Of a DNA stretch of 35,263 bases, positions 32,762 through 35,263 are shown in pieces. Origin of the DNA: an uncultured Gammaproteobacteria bacterium. Lineage in GTDB: Bacteria > Patescibacteriota > Microgenomatia > UBA12405 > JAHJSD01. Location of the stretch: the NCBI GenBank assembly GCA_964470705.1, contig CAYYDT010000001.1, positions 28,058 through 63,320 on the forward strand, written 5' to 3'. How positions within the stretch are numbered: position 1 is the first letter of the stretch; every line of letters starts with the position of its first letter. The translations under genes and the position numbers were made by a program. Under the pieces are notes generated by a model. It saw only the letters and a list, made by a program, of their open reading frames with translations. It was not told the DNA's origin and searched no databases.

Positions 32762-33524
32762 CTTGAAAAGTTTACAAAGGAAAATTGACAAGTTAATCAG
32801 CCCAAAAGGTGTGCCGGTAGGGGTGAAGTTGTTGAAATCAAAAAATACTTTGAAAGAAAATGAAATTATTCCCTTGGAAAACAACCGGGCTTTGTGCCAA
32901 CTTTTAAAAATGGTTGCTGTTTATGAAAAAACCAGAGGTGTTTATGTAAATAATATTGATGCCTGTGTTGTCGGCTCATATGTTATGGGGTTTGAATTGC
33001 CTCCGGAAGATCTAAAAGACCGGTGGGTTAAAGGCTTTGGTTATACATCTGAGAAATTTGATCAGTTATCTGATCAAATTGAGGCCATGCCGCAAGATAA
33101 ATACGAAGCGGCTGTTTTCGGCCCGCTTCAAGTGTTTGACCAATTAAATTTAGATCCGGAAGCAGTAATTCTTTTAGTTAATTCCTGCCAGAGTTATCTT
33201 GCTTTGATGGGTTATTTTGATGCTACCGGAAAAAAACCGGAATCTAATTTCAACGGTCATGCCGCTTGCGAAATTATTGCTGCGGTTGCTCAAGGTAAAT
33301 CACCTTGGTTGACAATTCCCTGCGGTGGGGCAAGAAGTATTGCTGATGCTCAAGATGACGAGATTTGGCTTGGGATGACGGTTGATCATCTGAAAACTTC
33401 CATTCAACGTTTGGAAATAATGGGGTTAAAATATCCGCCGGCAATTACCCAAATGCCGGTATCAGATTTAAACCCTGATCACCCATTGACTGATTTATTA
33501 GTCAGGGACGTCGATAAAAAGTAA
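32754..33524 (+). CDS. DUF169 (COG2043) family protein
   Basis: 256 aa. GTG start after GAGGAGGTGA, 8-nt overlap with gcvH. Conserved Cys contexts (DACVVGSY, GHAACE, IPCGGARS). Family call is from memory. Confidence 0.55.
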   Translation: MNDLKSLQRKIDKLISPKGVPVGVKLLKSKNTLKENEIIPLENNRALCQLLKMVAVYEKTRGVYVNNIDACVVGSYVMGFELPPEDLKDRWVKGFGYTSEKFDQLSDQIEAMPQDKYEAAVFGPLQVFDQLNLDPEAVILLVNSCQSYLALMGYFDATGKKPESNFNGHAACEIIAAVAQGKSPWLTIPCGGARSIADAQDDEIWLGMTVDHLKTSIQRLEIMGLKYPPAITQMPVSDLNPDHPLTDLLVRDVDKK

Positions 33525-34375
33525 TGAGCCTAACAAAATGGCCTGATTGGATAAAAATAAAACCATACAATAAATCAAAATATCTAAAAACATTAAAGAT
33601 TATAAACGATAATAAATTAACAACTGTTTGTTTGGAGGCAAATTGCCCGAACAGGTACGAGTGTTTTTCTTCCGGTACGGCAACATTTATGATTTTGGGT
33701 GACACCTGCACCAGAAACTGCCGTTACTGCAATGTCAAAAAAGGTTCCCCGAACCTGGTTGACAAAAATGAGCCGAAAAGGATTGCCCAGGCAGTAAAAA
33801 AATTAAATTTAGACTATGCAGTGATCACTTGTGTTACCCGCGATGATCTGGATGACGGCGGCGCCGGCCAATTTGTTAAAACAGTTGATGAAATAAAAAA
33901 AGTTAAACCAGGTTGTAAAATAGAATTGCTGGTTTCGGACTTAAAAGGAGACAAAAAATCGCTTGCCAAACTGCTGGTTGCAAACCCGGATGTTTTCAAT
34001 CATAATATTGAAGTAGTTGAATACTTATTTTCTTTATTAAGACCGGGAGGCGATTATCAGCGGTCAGTTAATTTGCTGGCTGCGGCGAAAGAAATTCAAC
34101 CTAAGATTGTTTTGAAATCCGGTTTAATGATTGGTCTAGGTGAGACAAAAGAACAAATTATCAGGACTTTTAAGGATCTAAAAGCAGCTGGCTGCCAAGT
34201 ATTAACTGTTGGCCAATATTTACCGCCGACACCGGCACATGTTCCTGTAAAAAAGTTTTACCAGCCGGAAGAGTTCGAAAGTTTAAAAAAGGAAGCAAAT
34301 TCTTTAGGTTTTGCTAAAGTGGAAGCAGGACCATTAGTAAGAAGTTCATATCGAGCGATGGAGGTGATTAATTAA
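33524..34375 (+). CDS. lipA: lipoyl synthase
   Basis: Auxiliary-cluster CLEANCPNRYEC and radical-SAM CTRNCRYC motifs, and C-terminal RSSYRA. TAATG overlaps at both ends. Confidence 0.92.
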   Translation: MSLTKWPDWIKIKPYNKSKYLKTLKIINDNKLTTVCLEANCPNRYECFSSGTATFMILGDTCTRNCRYCNVKKGSPNLVDKNEPKRIAQAVKKLNLDYAVITCVTRDDLDDGGAGQFVKTVDEIKKVKPGCKIELLVSDLKGDKKSLAKLLVANPDVFNHNIEVVEYLFSLLRPGGDYQRSVNLLAAAKEIQPKIVLKSGLMIGLGETKEQIIRTFKDLKAAGCQVLTVGQYLPPTPAHVPVKKFYQPEEFESLKKEANSLGFAKVEAGPLVRSSYRAMEVIN

Positions 34376-34914
34376 TGAAAAAAAACAAACTTTATTTTCT
34401 GATTTTAATAACCGTTTTTCTCGGCTTTTCGGCTATCTATATGGGGTACCTTATTTATATGGAAACCCAATCCGCACCTAAAATTGCCGGCGAAATGGAA
34501 GTAGCCGATCAACCGCTGATAACTGGGTTCCAGTCGGAAGAAGACGCGCTAGTTAAGGCGCCAAAAATTATTGATGCCGGGATCGGGTCTATTGAATTGA
34601 CAATGGACAAGGAGGCTTATATTTCTCATGAAGACGTTGAAATGACTCTTAACTTGGAAGTTGACAATGAGATTGAAAACGCAGAAATAAGAATTACTGG
34701 TATTAAGCCTCACCAAACTGCCTACATTAGGGAGACAAAAGTTGTCGATTTAAAAGAAGGTGAAAATACAATTGTTATTGTTGTAAAAGCTCCTTCATGT
34801 ACTAGCGGCTGCGGTGGTGTGTATCCCGGGCCGTATGACATTGAGGCAGAGGTGTTCGTTGATGAAGGTTTAGCTGGTCAGACGCTAACAACAATAACTT
34901 TAGCGGAAGAATAA
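34375..34914 (+). CDS. membrane-anchored hypothetical protein with SCTSGCGG (CxxxC) motif
   Basis: 179 aa. N-terminal TM helix and an acidic, predicted beta-rich ectodomain. Embedded between lipA and the ligase gene. Confidence 0.6.
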   Translation: MKKNKLYFLILITVFLGFSAIYMGYLIYMETQSAPKIAGEMEVADQPLITGFQSEEDALVKAPKIIDAGIGSIELTMDKEAYISHEDVEMTLNLEVDNEIENAEIRITGIKPHQTAYIRETKVVDLKEGENTIVIVVKAPSCTSGCGGVYPGPYDIEAEVFVDEGLAGQTLTTITLAEE

Positions 34915-35263
34915 ATGGACAGGGTACGACTTTTAAAATTGATAAAAGACAGCGGACCGATGCAGATGGCTGTTGATGAGGCAATAGCTTTAAGTTGTGC
35001 ACAGGGAAAGGTTTTGCCCACCTTGCGCTTTTATATTTTTGACCCTCCGGCAATAACTCTCGGACACAGCCAGTTGATCGATCAGTTTAATTTAAGCGCA
35101 GTTGAGAAAAAAGGTTTTCACTTGGTGAGAAGAATTACCGGCGGGACAGCTGTTTTGCATAAAAACGACTTAGTTTATTCATTGGTCATGCCGGAAAATT
35201 TTTTGCCTGAAAAAGTGGTTGATGCTTACCGGTTTTTAAGCGACGGTTTAGTTGAAGGGTTGA
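34915..35263 (+). CDS. lipoate-protein ligase / octanoyltransferase (LplA-LipM family), 3' end cut by window edge
   Basis: Frame open to the window end: PTLRFYIFDPPAITLGHSQ...VRRITGGTAVLH is the BPL/LplA/LipB catalytic-domain N-terminus. ATG immediately follows the upstream TAA. Confidence 0.8.
   Translation, partial: MDRVRLLKLIKDSGPMQMAVDEAIALSCAQGKVLPTLRFYIFDPPAITLGHSQLIDQFNLSAVEKKGFHLVRRITGGTAVLHKNDLVYSLVMPENFLPEKVVDAYRFLSDGLVEGL

Noticed and set aside
1-35263. Alternative genetic code (UGA recoded, as in some candidate phyla)
   Set aside because: TGA terminates adk, rpmJ, rpsK and gcvH at the lengths expected for these families. No conserved gene is broken by in-frame TGA.

Overview
Gene-dense, AT-rich bacterial window with standard genetic code (TGA is used as a stop) and mostly + strand genes. 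I ran no homology search: products are called from motifs I recognise in the translations, and RNA genes from hand folding and conserved blocks.

Content in order:
- 1-5436: tail of the ribosomal spc/alpha cluster: adk, map, infA, rpmJ (missed by the ORF track), rpsM, rpsK, rpsD, rpoA, rplQ, then rplM-rpsI.
- 5537-7980: a minus-strand half-ferritin plus Cys-rich mini-protein pair, divergent from cysteine desulfurase, IscU-type scaffold and thioredoxin.
- 7982-8270: a GC-rich tRNA-Pro locus with unusual tRNA-like flanks.
- 8430-17251: recA, RNase Y, HU, an ABC-2 transporter, ychF, miaA and an AI-2E permease.
- 17240-17694: a compact RNase P RNA and an unlisted 49-aa zinc-ribbon gene.
- 17826-27949: a DUF4446/DUF3048/wHTH operon, CCA-adding enzyme, recJ, a short aspS, a D-Ala-D-Ala carboxypeptidase, an anchored hypothetical protein and gltX.
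- 27997-29062: a stand-alone 5S rRNA, a two-gene module of unknown function and tRNA-Gln.
- 29217-35263: envelope proteins, then the main candidate system.

Main candidate (30623 to the window end): a tightly coupled six-gene operon. It joins an exported double-thioredoxin / DsbD-CcdA-like membrane protein to an H-protein-like lipoyl carrier, a DUF169 protein, lipoyl synthase, an anchored CxxxC protein and an LplA/LipM-family ligase. I read it as a possible lipoyl-protein-driven transmembrane thiol-reduction system. This is inference only.

Other unexplained structure:
- an intact tRNA-Pro nested between fragments of a second tRNA-like sequence that carry inverted GC-rich hairpin insertions;
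- a family of 9-nt phased TYTCGARCC arrays, plus separate 8-nt phased arrays;
- a roughly 42-nt element present twice, 22.7 kb apart;
- a pattern of first genes lacking a Shine-Dalgarno sequence directly behind TGTTAAAAT-type -10 boxes.

The overall picture (compact rnpB, unlinked 5S, GAD-less AspRS, many anchored hypotheticals) fits a reduced-genome lineage such as Patescibacteria/CPR. That assignment is also inference.
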